NCBI GenBank assembly: GCA_030141605.1 | Contig: JAQGDQ010000433.1 | Coordinates: 134,126 to 198,125, forward strand | DNA: 64,000 nt | Reading direction: 5' to 3' | From: Tubiluchus corallicola | Taxonomy: Eukaryota > Animalia > Priapulida | In this document: in pieces, positions 25,514 through 39,051 of the stretch | How the letters are laid out: the number at the start of each line of letters is the position of its first letter | Position numbering within the stretch: position 1 is the stretch's first letter | Program-made: the position numbers and the translations under genes | The notes under the pieces: generated by a model | Told to the model about the DNA's origin: nothing | The model's database searches: none | What the model saw: only the letters and a program-made list of their open reading frames with translations

Positions 25514-27014
25514 TCCACTGACTCATCATTACTAATCCAGCCAAACCAGTTGGCAACTAGTTCATCCTTCAATACGCCGCACATTGAAAAGTTACAATTA
25601 CCGTGTTCTAAAACAAACAAAACAGAGAAATTCCCAAGACAGGCAGCATCTATTAAAGAATCAGGTTAAAATAATCAAATTTCAGTTGCGTCAAATTAGT
25701 CCTCAAAAACAGAAATCAGCTTATTATGGCGTTACACGAAAAATCATTTCGTCTCTTGCAATTTTTCCGTTTTTTCGTGTTTTTATAAAAATCAAAATGA
25801 CAGAAGCAACTAAAAATTATTTTTCAGAAAATGTCAAAAGTGCCAAGCTTGTTTTTCCATTTACAAAGTGCCACACAGGAGCTTAAATGAACAGCTTATT
25901 TAATATGATTTTATGTCTGCTTATTCTTACATTACGTAAGAAATAATAAATAATTTCTTACAGATTTTGGAAGCATTTTTTGGTATTCTTTGCATTGATG
26001 TGATCTCAGTTTTAGCATAAACTTTATTTATTTTACGTGGATTGACATACAGTAATATTTACTGATTGGAGTTTTTCCACTGTGTAACAGATAGATTTTA
26101 GTTAAGAACAGATATATATATACAACTGGTTATCAAGAATATAGTTACACAGATAGTTAGTTCAAAAACACAAGTAATTCATTAGTTAACACTTAAAATT
26201 GAAATATACAAAGGTCACAGAGTACAGAAGCGACACCAGAAACAATAGTCAATGTACATCATCCTATTAGTTGTACAAAAGTATGATTGCTCAATATCTG
26301 GTGTTTAATTCAAAATAATTCAGATTACAATTCAATATACAATTACATGTACAATCAATTAGCAAAACGTTTAGTAGACTTTTTGTAGTTCTGCAACAAT
26401 ATGAAGAGAATGGCACTGGATGGATGACCTGAATTGAGTTTATAAAAAATGTCGTTGTAAATAATAGCAGGTCTAGCGTTGGCATGTAATTCTTGAGTTA
26501 TGTGTCGATAATAACAGAGCTGATCTAATAATAGTGTAGTGTGTACGTCATAGTTTGAGCATTCAAAAATTTAATGGTGGGAACTCTCAATCGAATTGTT
26601 GCAGCTAGGTGAAAGGCCATCGGTCAATTTTCTATTCTAAACGTAACTATCGAGAACTACGCCAGTATGATGCTTCTGGAGTAAAAGTGTTTATTTATGA
26701 TTGCATTGATCTGTCCTTGCAAACCTGTTTCATAGTATACATTTAACTCTATGTAAAGTGTGCAAATTTGCCTAAACTAGTTTTGTATACATTCCCAATT
26801 AGCCGTGTAATCATTTGCATCCAGGCTTCCTTCTCAGTAGGCATATAAAGATGTAATCTTGCCTAAATTTTCCTAGCTTGTCTGGGGTGTCATACCACTG
26901 TCAAGTCACTCCACCTCCTCATTGTCGAGGATAATCCAGGGGAAGAACTAGGTATGTATTTAGTCTTGTAATCGTGGCTCTTTTCACTCATGTTCTTTTA
27001 TATGTAACACTCTC

Positions 27015-27533
27015 ATAACGTAGCAATGGCTTCAACTTTCGTAACGTAGCATTAGCTGCAGATCCTTCATAGCGTAGTATTAGCTGCAGATCTTTCATAA
27101 CGTAACATTAGCTGTAGATCTTTCATAACGTAGCATTAGCTGCAGATCTTTCATAACGTAGCATTAGCTGCAGATCTTTCATAACGTAGCATTAGCTGCA
27201 GATCTTTCATAACGTAGCATTAGCTGCAGATCTTTCATAACGTAGCATTAGCTGTAGATCTTTCATAACGTAGCATTAGCTGTAGATCTTTCATAACGTA
27301 GCATTAGCTGTAGATCTTTCATAACGTAGCATTAGCTGCAGATCTTTCATAACGTAGCATTAGCTCTAGATCTTTCATAACGTAGCATTAGCTGCAGATC
27401 TTTCATAACGTAGCATTAGCTGTAGATCTTTCATAACGTAGCATTAGCTGTAGATCTTTCATAACGTAGCATTAGCTGTAGATCTTTCATAACGTAGCAT
27501 TAGCTGTAGATCTTTCATAACGTAGCATTAGCT
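27015..27533. repeat. 28-bp minisatellite, ~18 copies
   Basis: Unit tttcataacgtagcattagctgYagatc. Confidence 0.95.
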
Positions 27534-28053
27534 TTTCCATTTTAGCATTTCATAACATTTCCATTAATCTTGTAATTGTTGTCTTTTTGTCTAATATCAA
27601 TCATTGTAAATACCATAGTATATACTAAATCATTAATAACTATGCGCATATTTTGATTTCATCGTTCTTGTTTTCTGTTATTAGGGTATCAGCAAATTCA
27701 ATTCATATACATTTTCCACCTAGCTACTGTCAGTTTCAGCATGGTGCAAGTCCAATGTCTAACTATGCTTGATGTCTTATGCATAACCTCTATAGGTACC
27801 TTAACCTAATTACAGCAACTAATTAAGCTTCACAGCGTGTGAGTGTCATGACGCAGCAAAATAATAATATTTGTCAACAAAGCGGCAAGATCAAATAATG
27901 TTGCGTGAATGGTGCTTGGATTGCAACATCAAATTAGGTTGACAAGACACTAATAACAGTGTGCTTTGTGGAGGTAAACTATTTTTGACCCGCCCCCCAT
28001 TTTTCAAGATGAGACAAATAGTATGTGTGTGCGCGTGTGCGAAGAGCGCGGGT

Positions 28054-28624
28054 TTAAGGAAGATAGGATGATTTTTCAAAAATTGTCCCATTTTCAAGTA
28101 CTGTAAAAAGTATACATTTTAACACTAATAATACTGGAAAAGCGTTTCTGATAATTATTAAATAATAGATTAAAAACTTATTTAACGACGGGCGAGCCCA
28201 ACTATTGATGACATCACAAACTAACCTAATTTTCAACATCAAAAATTTTCCACGAGCGTGTCGCAAGTGTTTGCGGAAGCGAAAATTGGAGTACAGTGTT
28301 ACTGTATGATATTCAGTGTATTGTAGTAAAACTAGGCAAGTTTTAAGATAAAAATTCTAATTTCAAATTTACTGCTGTGCTCACGCATGAGCTGTCGAAC
28401 GTGTGTAGTTCGTCTCAGACTAACACATCTGAAATGAAAAGTACAGCACCGCTGTTTTTTGTACAATGCGCTTCCGAAATGCAGGCGCTAGTGCCCGTCT
28501 AACTAGCGAATGGCGAAATGCACGGAACGTAAAATTGTGTTTATGCGGTAAAAATTCTTTCTTGTAAGTCATTTTCGAAAACATACAGACATACAGTTTA
28601 ACATTGGGTTCGGTTTTGCTTTAA
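28054..28624 (+). mobile_element. Family A TTAA element
   Basis: Ends ttgggttcggttttgctttaa. Confidence 0.75.
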
Positions 28625-28645
28625 GTGAAAGAGAATTAAATCTGT

Positions 28646-29105
28646 TAAAGGAAAAGACAAGTCGTTTAGTATGTTGTTTTTTGCTGTTATCACTTACAGT
28701 TAGAAAAATGTAACAAGGAAATTTGCAAAAAACTGTCTGTAAAGCATAAAGTTAATTTATACTACTCCGTAGGCCTAATTAAATTTTCAGGCATAGTGGT
28801 AGCCTCCATTCGCTTGAAAGTTATGACGTAACTGGTGGACTTCATGACTTTTTGTAAGTGCACTCTGTTAAACTAATTCAAAACTTCTGCAGTTTACTTA
28901 ATGCTTGTGTAAAATATCATAAATTTAGATATTTAATTTTTTTTGTGAAATCTTGTTATACTTTAGACGAAAATTGACAGTGTGCTGCTTTTCTACCGTT
29001 GATGAGTGACGTCATTGGTGGAAGAATAGGCGCTCAAAATCTGTTCGTCCAACCCTAACCCTAACCAAGTGATTTTGCTAATTACATGAGGCACTTATCA
29101 TGCTG
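28646..29105 (+). mobile_element. Family E element
   Basis: Similar to 2233-2730. Confidence 0.6.
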
Positions 29106-29249
29106 TTATTCGCAGCCGACAGCTAGTGTATTTTAACATCATGTTGTGAAGTTTACAGGTTACTTGCTTCTAACATTATTGTAGTTCAAGCTTTGGCACA
29201 TTTTTTGAGCAACCTGGTAGCAGCAGGTCTTCCATATCTGTCTTCATGT

Positions 29250-30032
29250 TTTATTTATTTTATTTCATTTCGTAATCTTCAAAGTACAATACACGAGTGA
29301 CAAGGCAGTTGAAAAGGACTACTACCACAGTGCAAATTAAAGTGATGATAATACTATAAGTAGAAGATTACGGTAAAAACACAATAGCTGCTTACACGTA
29401 TTGCACGCGTTTGCGAAAGCGAAAATTGAAGTACAGTGCTACTGTAAGAGATTTAGTGTATTATACTAAAACTAGGCAAGTTTTGATATAAATTTGATAC
29501 ACATGAGCTGTCAAATGTGTGTAGTTCGTCACAAACTAACACATCTGAAATGGTACAGCACCTGTTCAGCAAAAAGAACGAAGAACAACTGGCGCGAAAG
29601 TGAAATTGGTGTGTTAATAATTTTTTTCACGTAAATCATTTTTGATTAATATAGTATGTTTCCTTTCAATAGTTTAAAGAGTAGATTGATTTGACGTACA
29701 GTTTAAGATTGCGTCCAGTTTTGCATTACGTATTATTTCTCCCTTCCTAAAACATTAGCTAATCACATTTATTTGTAAGATTTTATTATATATGTACACT
29801 TGTATATTTGGATTGAATAAATCTAATCTAATCTAAACCGTCTGTTGAAAAGGTAAAAATTTGCTAAAATCAACATGGCATAGCAGTTTTTTAAATAATT
29901 TTCTGTTGCCAGCATTTACAGTAGGAACATCATTCACATATGATGGCAGTTTATTCCATAAACTTACAACTCTGTTGCTGAAGAAATGTTTAAAGCAGTT
30001 AAGTGAGATTTTTATCACTTGTAATTTCATAT
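29250..30032 (-). mobile_element. CR1-like LINE 3' end, interrupted by a family A fragment (~29396-29720)
   Basis: HFFSNRVVSLWNKLP..V; 3' UTR and A-rich tail match 41962-42335. Confidence 0.75.
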
Positions 30033-30080
30033 GAAGGCTTCGGACACCCGAACAGCTACCGCATTTTAAAATGCACTTAC

Positions 30081-30255
30081 CGTATTTTTCTAAATGATCC
30101 AAACAAGTGCTGACAATATGGGGAACCTTCGGGGACATCGGACAAAGACTTCTCTTGCGTTCTTTCTTTGCTGCCTCAGCCATGGCGGTCGATAATGATA
30201 ATGCTTCTAATAAATCGTGATGTACGTCTGATAGAGAATCCGGCGATACATCACT
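30081..30255 (-). CDS. ARHGAP6: RhoGAP exon (SDVSPDS...LLEALSLS...PKVPHIVSTCLDHLEKYG)
   Basis: Start of GAP domain (VP.IV..C..HLE.YG); 175 nt, phase 0 to 1; GTAAG donor. Confidence 0.92.
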
Positions 30256-30318
30256 CTGTGACATAAAAAAAGTTTTACTTATTAGACACATATCTCAATT
30301 CACTGACATGGTTAATGA

Positions 30319-30873
30319 TTAAAGGAAGACAGGATAATCTTTCATATACTACCCCATTTTCAGATCCGATAAAAAGTATACATTTTAGCCAATTAATACT
30401 GCAAAAGCGTTTCTGATAAGTAAATAATAGATTAAAAACTTAATTAACGGCGGGTGAGCACAACTATTGATGACATCACAAACTAACATATTTTTCAGCC
30501 GCAAAAATATTCCATGAGCGTCTTGCACGTGTTTGCAAAAGCAAAAATTGAAGTACAGCGCTACTGTAAGATATTCAGTGTGTTGTGCTAAAACTAGGCA
30601 CGACAAGAACTAGCGCATCGGAACCGAGAGGTACTGCACCTGTTTTTTGTGTGACGAGTTTGTGAAATTCAGCCGTGAGTGCGCGTCCAACTAGAGAATG
30701 ACGAAATGCATATAAAACAAAAACCTGGTGGCGCGAACATGAAATTGCGTTTGTGTGGTAATAATTCTTTCACGTAAGTCATTTTTGAAAAAAAATAGTA
30801 TGTTTCCTTTCAATATTCTAAAGGCTAGATTGTTTTGACCAGTAGTTTAAGATTGGATTCGGTTTTGCTTTAA
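30319..30873 (+). mobile_element. Family A TTAA element, full-length
   Basis: ttaaaggaagacagg ... ggttttgctttaa. Confidence 0.78.
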
Positions 30874-31008
30874 CGAATTATTTAAACTCATTTTGAGAAA
30901 TGTGTGATGATTAACTCAGATAATTTTATTTGTTGGCTTGGAATTTTAGATGAGGAATTCCTTCACGCCTAGATACATATAGTAACGGCATATCCAAAGT
31001 ACAAAGTA

Positions 31009-31406
31009 TTTAATTTTTTGTAAAAACGTGTAACACTTTGAAGAGATTCACGGTGTGCTGTTTTTCTTCAGTCGACGAATGACGTCATTGGTGGAAGAAC
31101 GATTAGCTATCTAATTTTTTGTAAAAACGTGTAACACCTTGACGGAAATTCACAGTGCGCTGTTTTTCTTAAGTTGACGAATGACGTCATTGGTGGAAGA
31201 ATGATTAGCTATCTAATTTTTTGTAAAAACGTGTAACACTTTGACAGAAATTCACGGTGTGCTGTTTTTCTTCAGTCGACGAATGACGTCATTGGTGGCA
31301 GAATGATTAGCTATCTAATTTTTTGTAAAAACGTGTAACACTTTGACGGAAATTCACAGTGCGCTGTTTTTCTTCAGTCGACGAATGAAGTCACTGGTGG
31401 AAGAAT
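31009..31406. repeat. 102-bp tandem repeat x4, derived from family E
   Basis: Units at ~31009, 31111, 31213 and 31315; similar to 28930-29030. Confidence 0.9.
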
Positions 31407-31951
31407 GGGCGACAAAATGAAAGCACCCAAGCGTGTAACGAAGCGTGATTTATAGTGATTTTACTAATTACAAGAGGCACTTATCACACTTTTATTATTA
31501 AATTCTTTTCACATTTTCCGAGAACAATGAAGTATGTCTAACTTCCCAGAAGGCTTGGAATTTCTTTTGTAGTCTATTAAGAAAATGTCCAACTGGCTGT
31601 TTTTCACGCGCAAACAAATGATGACAGTTGTAATCTGACAAGTCTGCTTTATTCAATTCTGTAACGCATTTGGCGTTTCTTCTGTTATAAATAATAACTG
31701 TTTGCTGCAATAATCCCTTCGTACACAAGGGCATTTCAAATCGATTCGCAGGCGAAAAATTATTAAAAGTTAATTTCCATAAAATCTCTTTTCACTATTC
31801 GTGTTCAAGCGTGCCAACAAAGCCTCCACATCCGGAATTGTGTAAAATTCGCGGTTGATTTTGTTTTTGGTAGTTTTGCTTCCCCGCTGTACTCACATAT
31901 CTAATACGTCAAACTTTCGTTAAACGTACGTTAAATTATTTACTTTCGGGT

Positions 31952-32148
31952 TATTCCAAATATGCTATAACAAAATTTACAAAACTGAGAATCAGCTCTC
32001 GTACTTTGTGTAATGAAAGAGGAAGGTACGCTAAACCTAGAAAAATCCGGGCTGAAAATCGTATATGCTCGTACTGTTTAAGAAATGAAGTCAAAGACGA
32101 ATTACACTTAGTTATAAAATGCCGATATTACAATGATCTTAGAGGAAA
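31952..32148 (+). mobile_element. LINE ORF2 C-terminal fragment
   Basis: Near copy of 20955-21170. Confidence 0.65.
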
Positions 32149-32304
32149 ATTCTTTCACGTAAGTCGTTTTTGAAAAAATAGTTTGTTTCCTTTTAATATT
32201 TTAAAGAGTCGATTGTTTTGACATACAGCTTAAGATTGGGTCGAGTTTTGATTTAATTTATGTGTCAGCCATAAAATGCACAGCAAAACGCACAAACATA
32301 AACG

Positions 32305-32578
32305 AACACACACACACACACACGCACGAACGCATGCACACACGCACGCACACACACGCATGTACACACACACGCACGCAGACACACACAGACACACACA
32401 CACACACGCACGAACGCATGCACACACGCACGCACACACACGCATGTACACACATACGCACGCAGACACACACACACACACACACGCACGCACGCACGCA
32501 CACACACGCATGTACACACACACGCACGCAGACACACACACACACACACGCACGCACGCACGCACACAGACACACACA
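32305..32578. repeat. Compound (CA)n/(CACG)n microsatellite
   Basis: Direct observation. Confidence 0.9.
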
Positions 32579-32646
32579 GTTAAACTAACAGTATAAAATT
32601 TTGCTTTAGCTACATTTATCTAAAGAGATGGTAAGAAACTTAAAAG

Positions 32647-32835
32647 TATGAAACGCCAAAGTGGAATTTGTTGCTTATTTGTGAATATTCATGAATAAGT
32701 TATAAATGTTAATAATATAATTTCGAATATTCATAGTTCATTGTTTAATATTAATAATTTATAAAGTGATTCACTAGTATTCATAAATGATTTATTAATA
32801 TTAAAACACATTAAATTCCACTTTGGCGTTCCATA
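32647..32835. mobile_element. Small MITE with ~23-bp TIR
   Basis: tatgaaacgccaaagtggaattt / aaattccactttggcgttccata. Confidence 0.7.
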
Positions 32836-32946
32836 TAAATGCAAGCCTACGACAAAGTACTTCTACCATTTACTTTAACGCAATTTTTTTACTTTGCATA
32901 TCAGGCGGTTAACTTCGCGACTGAAACTTAATCGCTAATCGCTTAC

Positions 32947-33173
32947 ACGTGGTTTCCCCTTTCTTGAACGCATGCTGCTGGAATGCTTCTCAGACATGCA
33001 CCTCTTCATTGGTTTATGATTGGAATGATTAGCTCTTTGGAAACTGCTGGCCAAGTCTAAACTTTCTCTTCTTTCTCTGACCAGTGAAGTGAGACGTTCT
33101 CGTTGTACGGAATCGTTACTAATGCACTTAGTGAGGGGAATTCCGAAGACAAAACCTGTTTCTCCAGTTTCTA
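32947..33173 (-). CDS. ARHGAP6: RhoGAP exon (ETGETGFVFGIPLTKCISND...KGKPR)
   Basis: VFGIPL..CI.ND family motif; 227 nt, phase 1 to 0; GTAAG donor; TAGTAG acceptor. Confidence 0.88.
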
Positions 33174-33651
33174 CTAAAATAAAAAAATGATTCTGGTTGG
33201 TAATAATTAAAACCTATGATACACTAAAGCGTATCATAGGTACACTATATATATATATATGTTGGGTAGAGTTACAGTCGTGATTTCAGTTGGTACCAGA
33301 ACATTTGGTGCTACATTTACTGTCCTTAGAACACATGAAGTGGACAAATTATGTCATCAGTGCCCCTCAATCCATGTATACCCATGTATACACACAGCTT
33401 TCTCCAGTTCACAAGGAAAGAGTTAGCCACTGGAATTGGAGGATTAACTGACCTTGCAGTGAAGATATCATAAAAAATCATTATTTGGAAGGTGCCATTT
33501 TGAGAATCCAAGATGGCGGTCAAGTTGATTTTGAAAAAAATGGAAAGATAATTTTTAGATGAAGGCAGATCCTTAGCTTTGCAAAAATGTATAGAATATT
33601 TAATCCCTAAAAATTTTTAACGAGCCTTATGATCAGTGTATTACGTACTAA

Positions 33652-33970
33652 TAGAACTCGCTAGCAAGTGAATGGTAGACACTGAATGTTGTAGAACTCG
33701 CTAGCAAGTGAAGGCTAGACACTGGATGCTGTTGAACTCGCTAGCTAGTGAAGGCTAGACACTGGATGCTGTAGAACTCGCTAGCAAGTGAATAATAGAC
33801 ACTGGATACTGTAGAACTCGCTAGCAAGTGAAGGCTAGACACTGGATGCTGTAGAACTCGCTAGCAAGTGAAGGCTAGGCACTGGATGCTGTAGAACTCG
33901 CTAGCAAGTGAAGGCTAGACACTGGATGCTGTAGAACTCGCTAGCAAGTGAAGGCTAGACACTGGATGCT
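33652..33970. repeat. 40-bp minisatellite, 8 copies
   Basis: Unit tagaactcgctagcaagtgaaggctagacactggatgctg. Confidence 0.95.
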
Positions 33971-35328
33971 GGAAGTCAAATGCCCGAGGCTTGACAGTTT
34001 GCTGTATCATACACATTATTTCAAAGTTTATTGTTAATTATTTAATGTGATTATTTTAATGTAATAAAATTGCGTATATATAATACCAAAGATATGAGTT
34101 TATTAAAGGTTGTATAGCAAATTCTTGTTCGAATATATTTTCTTCTACTTACATCTTACGTTGGAAGATATTATTAATAATTTCTTAAGAATTCTTGTTT
34201 ATAATCTACCTTTAGAACTTCTTCAAGATAGTAAGTGTTCGCGTTAGCTCTCACTATGCAGCGATTACGTTATATTTGATAATTTTTGTAGGTTTCTGCT
34301 CCTCACGCAGTGGATTTTTGCCCAAAATTATACATGAAATGCATTTGCTTACCTCAGACAAATTAAAATCGATTTTTGATTGAAAATTGAGAAAAGCTTT
34401 CAGTAGTTGCAGTGTGTGCACTGTAATGTTGTGTGAAAACGGCTAACCCAGAAAATTTCAACTATCCAGACACAACATCCAGATACACTTTGGTCTCAAG
34501 TCTACTCTATTTTTAAGAAGAAATTACTGTTAAAAGATGATCTTAAACGATCTTAATTTCTCGCTCTGATTGGTTGGCTTTTCCTGGAATTCTGTACAGC
34601 TTACTGTTCTCTTGGGTTGTAGCAAGCAAGCAATCAACAAAACAGGCGTACGATCACGCAGGTGCACACCTTACCAAGCTACTCAATAGGCTAAGTTGGA
34701 GTACCTAAAAATGGGATGTTCTTTTTAAATTTTATTCACTTAAATCACTCATAAATGCTCAAACAAACAGCATGATTGGATAGCCAAGATCCTCCTGAAT
34801 AGAACAGAAACTAATTTGTAATCATTTGGTTATGTCTGTGCTCATACAGTAGCAGAAAAGTCACATGTCTTATAAGACCTATTTTGAATGGTGCTGGTCC
34901 TGAAGCAGTTAAAAGGTCAGACTGTATGTTGACCAACTACTTACTGTTTAACTTGCCACTTACGTTAGAAGAATTACTGCATCTAGTCCAAGAAATTGTT
35001 ATCATTGGGAGCAATAGTGGCAAAATCACAAATTTTAATTTTAACAGTTTTGTCTGCCCCTTTTGTCAGTTCAGTTGTTTTCCTGCCTTCGTAAACTAAA
35101 ATAATATCAACAGCATATTTCCAATCGGCCATTCCTGTACTTATAAATCTTGCATATGTAGGACTGATTCACACTTAGTAACTATCATTTCCCTGTTCTC
35201 AACTAAAGCATTGAAATCACACAGACCATGTGGCATTCTGTGCTCACTTCAAGGTTAGAAATCAACTCAGATTGCACAAGTCAATTACTCTGCCATTTCC
35301 TTCATTGTTCTAAGTTTTCTCTACCTAC

Positions 35329-35436
35329 CTTTTTCCTTCTTCTCCAGTAGGTTATCTTTTATGGTTTCAAATAATGTGGTCGTGTTGGAACGCTTCTTTA
35401 GTAGCGTACGCCGCCGATGTGGCTTTGCTACAGTTT
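35329..35436 (-). CDS. ARHGAP6: RhoGAP exon (ETVAKPHRRRTLLKKRSNTTTLFETIKDNLLEKKEK)
   Basis: TTGCAG acceptor, AAG|GTAGG donor; 108 nt, phase 1 to 1; basic segment at the expected family position. Confidence 0.82.
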
Positions 35437-36527
35437 CTGCAATGAAAGATGGCGCTGTTTAAAACCGAAACTTGAAGAACATGTATAAGATTTTATTCGC
35501 ACATATTGTAACAGTGCAATTCACCAATATTTGTTAGTAATAATTTACAAGAATATCTACATTAATTAGTTCTAATATGATACAAAATCTGACGAATTTC
35601 TTTATACGAAAAGCCAGGTAGGTGGTTTTTCCCTTCAGTAAGCCACTACAACTCACGATTATTAAGAGCAGTGTTATTAAAATGGTCAATATTTTATGCG
35701 ATAAATATCTTATTCATTCTTAGGGTTATACAAGTAGAATTCACGTTTAAAAGTGAGAGTGTTTTTAAGACCGTACTTCTTGACCGATTTATCATGCCAA
35801 CAGTTAAACGTTCTCTTAGCTATTAAAAATTCATAGGAGGAAGTTTCGTCATTGTAGAATGATAGAGTATGCACAGTATACGACGCGGTGCTTTTCGACA
35901 TTCATCATTTTTACACTTTTGTCAGTTAAAAGTCGAACTGCCTCAGAATGAACACAGGGACGTATCAGGACTTTACGACGCATTAGGCTAATAGTTCCGT
36001 CCCGCCCATCTCTTTTGTGAATTTGAGGTTATTTATGTAATGAGCAGATTAAACAATTACTTGTGGTTTATATTAGAAACACTATTAACCTAGTTTCTGC
36101 GTGGTCATTATTAACTGCATGTATTTGCATAGCGCTTATATTCAAGCAGGCTGCGCAACTGCTTACTGTGCAATACCTTGCACCTGTTCGTTTATGGCAT
36201 AGATATAAAAGCTGCCTCTGCAACTGCCTGTGGTGTGTTATAAACTGCACCTTTTTACATGAATATGAAAGTATGCACATTTTTCGAGGAGAATAAGAAT
36301 TTTTTCTAAAATGTGACGCCCTTGGCTATAGCCTAGTTAGCCTATTGGTTAATACCCCCCTGAATGCAGATCAATAAAAAATGAACAATTTAAGCAATAT
36401 ACGCTTGTTACTCACAGATTTGAAAAAACACAGTAATTAATTCACAGCTTTAAAGAAATGATGCATACACCTTACTCCTTCATGTGACTGAGACAGATTA
36501 TATGTAAGTTGATGGCCCAAATGGATG

Positions 36528-37003
36528 CTAAAGAAAAACAGGATAATTTATCATATCCTACCGCATTTAAAATACGGTAAAAAGTATACATTTAAAATTG
36601 ATAATAATATCAAAACATTTTTGGCAAGCAATTACAGGTTAAAAACTTAATTAATGGTAGGCGAGCGAAACTAGTGATGACCTCGTAACTGAACATAATT
36701 TTCAGCAGCAAAAACTTTCTACAAGCGCGTTTAACGTGTTTACGAAAAGAAAAATGTTACTGTCATGCTGTGCAACATTCAGTTTGATATACAAAGACTT
36801 GGAAAATTTCAAGTTAAAATTTTAACTGTAGGTCTACTGCTGTGTTCATGCGTGAGCTCTCGAACGTGTGCACTACGTCACAACTGAACAACTCTAAACT
36901 GAGAGCTAGTTCCCGTTTAAGCAGCGAACGGTGAAATGCATGTAACAGTGAAAAATAGCTTGCTTTGAGCTATAGTTTAAGATTTAGTCCCGTTTTCCTT
37001 TAA
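36528..37003 (+). mobile_element. Family A TTAA element, diverged
   Basis: aaagaaaaacaggataatt ... cgttttcctttaa. Confidence 0.65.
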
Positions 37004-37544
37004 GTGCTTGAAAATAAAACCGTTATAACAAGATATTCGTATCTTCCGCATTTCGTATTATTCGCATTTTTCACACTTCAGATTCGGTTAATGAAAGCGG
37101 TTTTTCCAAGCCAATATTCCTTCCTTACAAGTGCTGCACGATTTCTACTTTAAAAGTAAAATAGCTATTTTGACCAAATCATGAGAACCAGTCACTGGAA
37201 ATGTTTTAAAGCACAAGAAAACACTCTTCACAAATGAAGCTTAAAATATTCACTCGACATTTTCTATCACTCACTTGAGTTAGCAGTAACACTGTGTAAA
37301 ACCGTCAGGCACAGCCACGTAACGTTTGAAAAATAATCAAAGTATTCGCAGCACACTCTTCGCTAGCTAACCAAAGTTGAAATTACATTATCTTGTTAAT
37401 AAGATTAATAATGTGTTTTGGTGAGCCAGTGATGCATACTGGGATGTCGATATAGTGGCATTGTAGCGGCGCGAACATTTCATATTATTAAGTATTTTCT
37501 TTTCCAATAACTAAAGTCTTTCTAACAGGCAAGTATAATGGTTT

Positions 37545-37868
37545 GTAATAGTAATAGTAATAGTAATAGTAATAGTAATAGTAATAGTAATAGTAATAGT
37601 AATAGTAATAGTAATAGTAATAGTAATAGTAATAGTAATAGTAATAGTAATAGTAATAGTAATAGTAATAGTAATAGTAATAGTAATAGTAATAGTAATA
37701 GTAATAGTAATAGTAATAGTAATAGTAATAGTAATAGTAATAGTAATAGTAATAGTAATAGTAATAGTAATAGTAATAGTAATAGTAATAGTAATAGTAA
37801 TAGTAATAGTAATAGTAATAGTAATAGTAATAGTAATAGTAATAGTAATAGTAATAGTAATAGTAATA
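37545..37868. repeat. (AATAGT)n microsatellite
   Basis: Direct observation. Confidence 0.95.
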
Positions 37869-38459
37869 GCATTAGTAATATAACTTTGTATGAAAACTTT
37901 ATTAGGCCATATATTAAAATTCCCTTTTCTTCCCTTTTAGCAACTTGTGGGATCAATGTAGGGTCAATACAGCAAGTAAATGCATAGGCTGGTGAGAGAC
38001 ATTAATGAAATACACCAAACCAAATCAGGATAAGAAAATGACCGCTGGTCAAGATAGGGGCAAAAGCTACAGAAACATCTTGATCTGCTATGGTTTAAGT
38101 TAAGTAATGCTAGGGCAGTTAGTGAATGATTCATTGTTTTAAATGAAGCGCATGCGCAGAGAAAGACCTGCTAGCCTGCATACGACAATACGACAAAAGA
38201 GTGTTGCTGTGCCATTGCCATATGACGATTGCAGTTTTTTATTGGCTATTGTTTGCCATACAAAAGACAATAGAATTTCCGTTAGATCATGGTGCCTATT
38301 GTTGCCGTTGGCAATCTCACTATGCGCATGCGCGGCAATTAAATCTGTGCTGATTCTCGATAGTTTTATTCGCAACCACACGGTTGGAACAAAATAATGC
38401 AATTATACACTTGCAGCACTTTTTAACTTGTTCCTAGACAGCAGTCAAAAAGTCACTCG

Positions 38460-38473
38460 GTCACCATAGCAAC
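38460..38473. promoter_or_regulatory. RFX X-box-like GTCACCATAGCAAC
   Basis: Matches the X-box consensus; ~580 bp past the LRR stop codon. Confidence 0.4.
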
Positions 38474-39051
38474 GCCGTCTTTACCAATCTGAAGAATGCA
38501 ACAGCGAGACAATGAACACAGCAGGCTGTACTGCCTGTTACGAACACCATTATAATCTATTGTTTCAGCTATAGGGCACGGCTTGCTGCTGCATAAATTG
38601 TACAGGTTTTTTCACAAAATATCTTTGACAAAATGTACAAAATAATGTTTTTCCAATTGGACATTTTCTTTGTTGTTTAAAGATGTTGGCCGTTTTTTTT
38701 CGAGTATTCAGATCATTTATTTGAGGAAAAGCCGCCAATGAAAATGCTTCTTGCAAAAGAACATAAAATACTTGATAAATTTACGCAAAACACTCAAAGA
38801 TCTTAACATAAAAATGCAACCATTACAAAGCTTACGAACCCGTCTTAATAGATCCGTTGGCTGTTTTTGCCAGTAAATAGTCATTGTAACAAAATGAATG
38901 AAGATTGTGTAAAAAGTGAAATTTCTCAGCGTCCAGCAAGTTAATCAGGCACAACAATGAAACTTGTAATTACACTATTAGTAGTCGCCTGAAATTACCT
39001 AAACTACCCATTGCATAAGAAATGCTGAAGATGGTGGAGAATATTTTTATA

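Noticed and set aside
29051-29066. Telomere-like AACCCTAACCCTAACC
   Set aside because: Fewer than three units, inside a repeat element.
33652-33970. Possible CRISPR arrays (40-bp repeat; also the 28-, 31-, 32- and 23-bp repeats)
   Set aside because: Units are head-to-tail with no unique spacers, there are no cas genes, and the context is eukaryotic; these are minisatellites.
38148-38333. GCGCATGCGC-bounded segment as a MITE or NRF1 pair
   Set aside because: The inverted match is short and self-palindromic, with no TSD or second copy seen.
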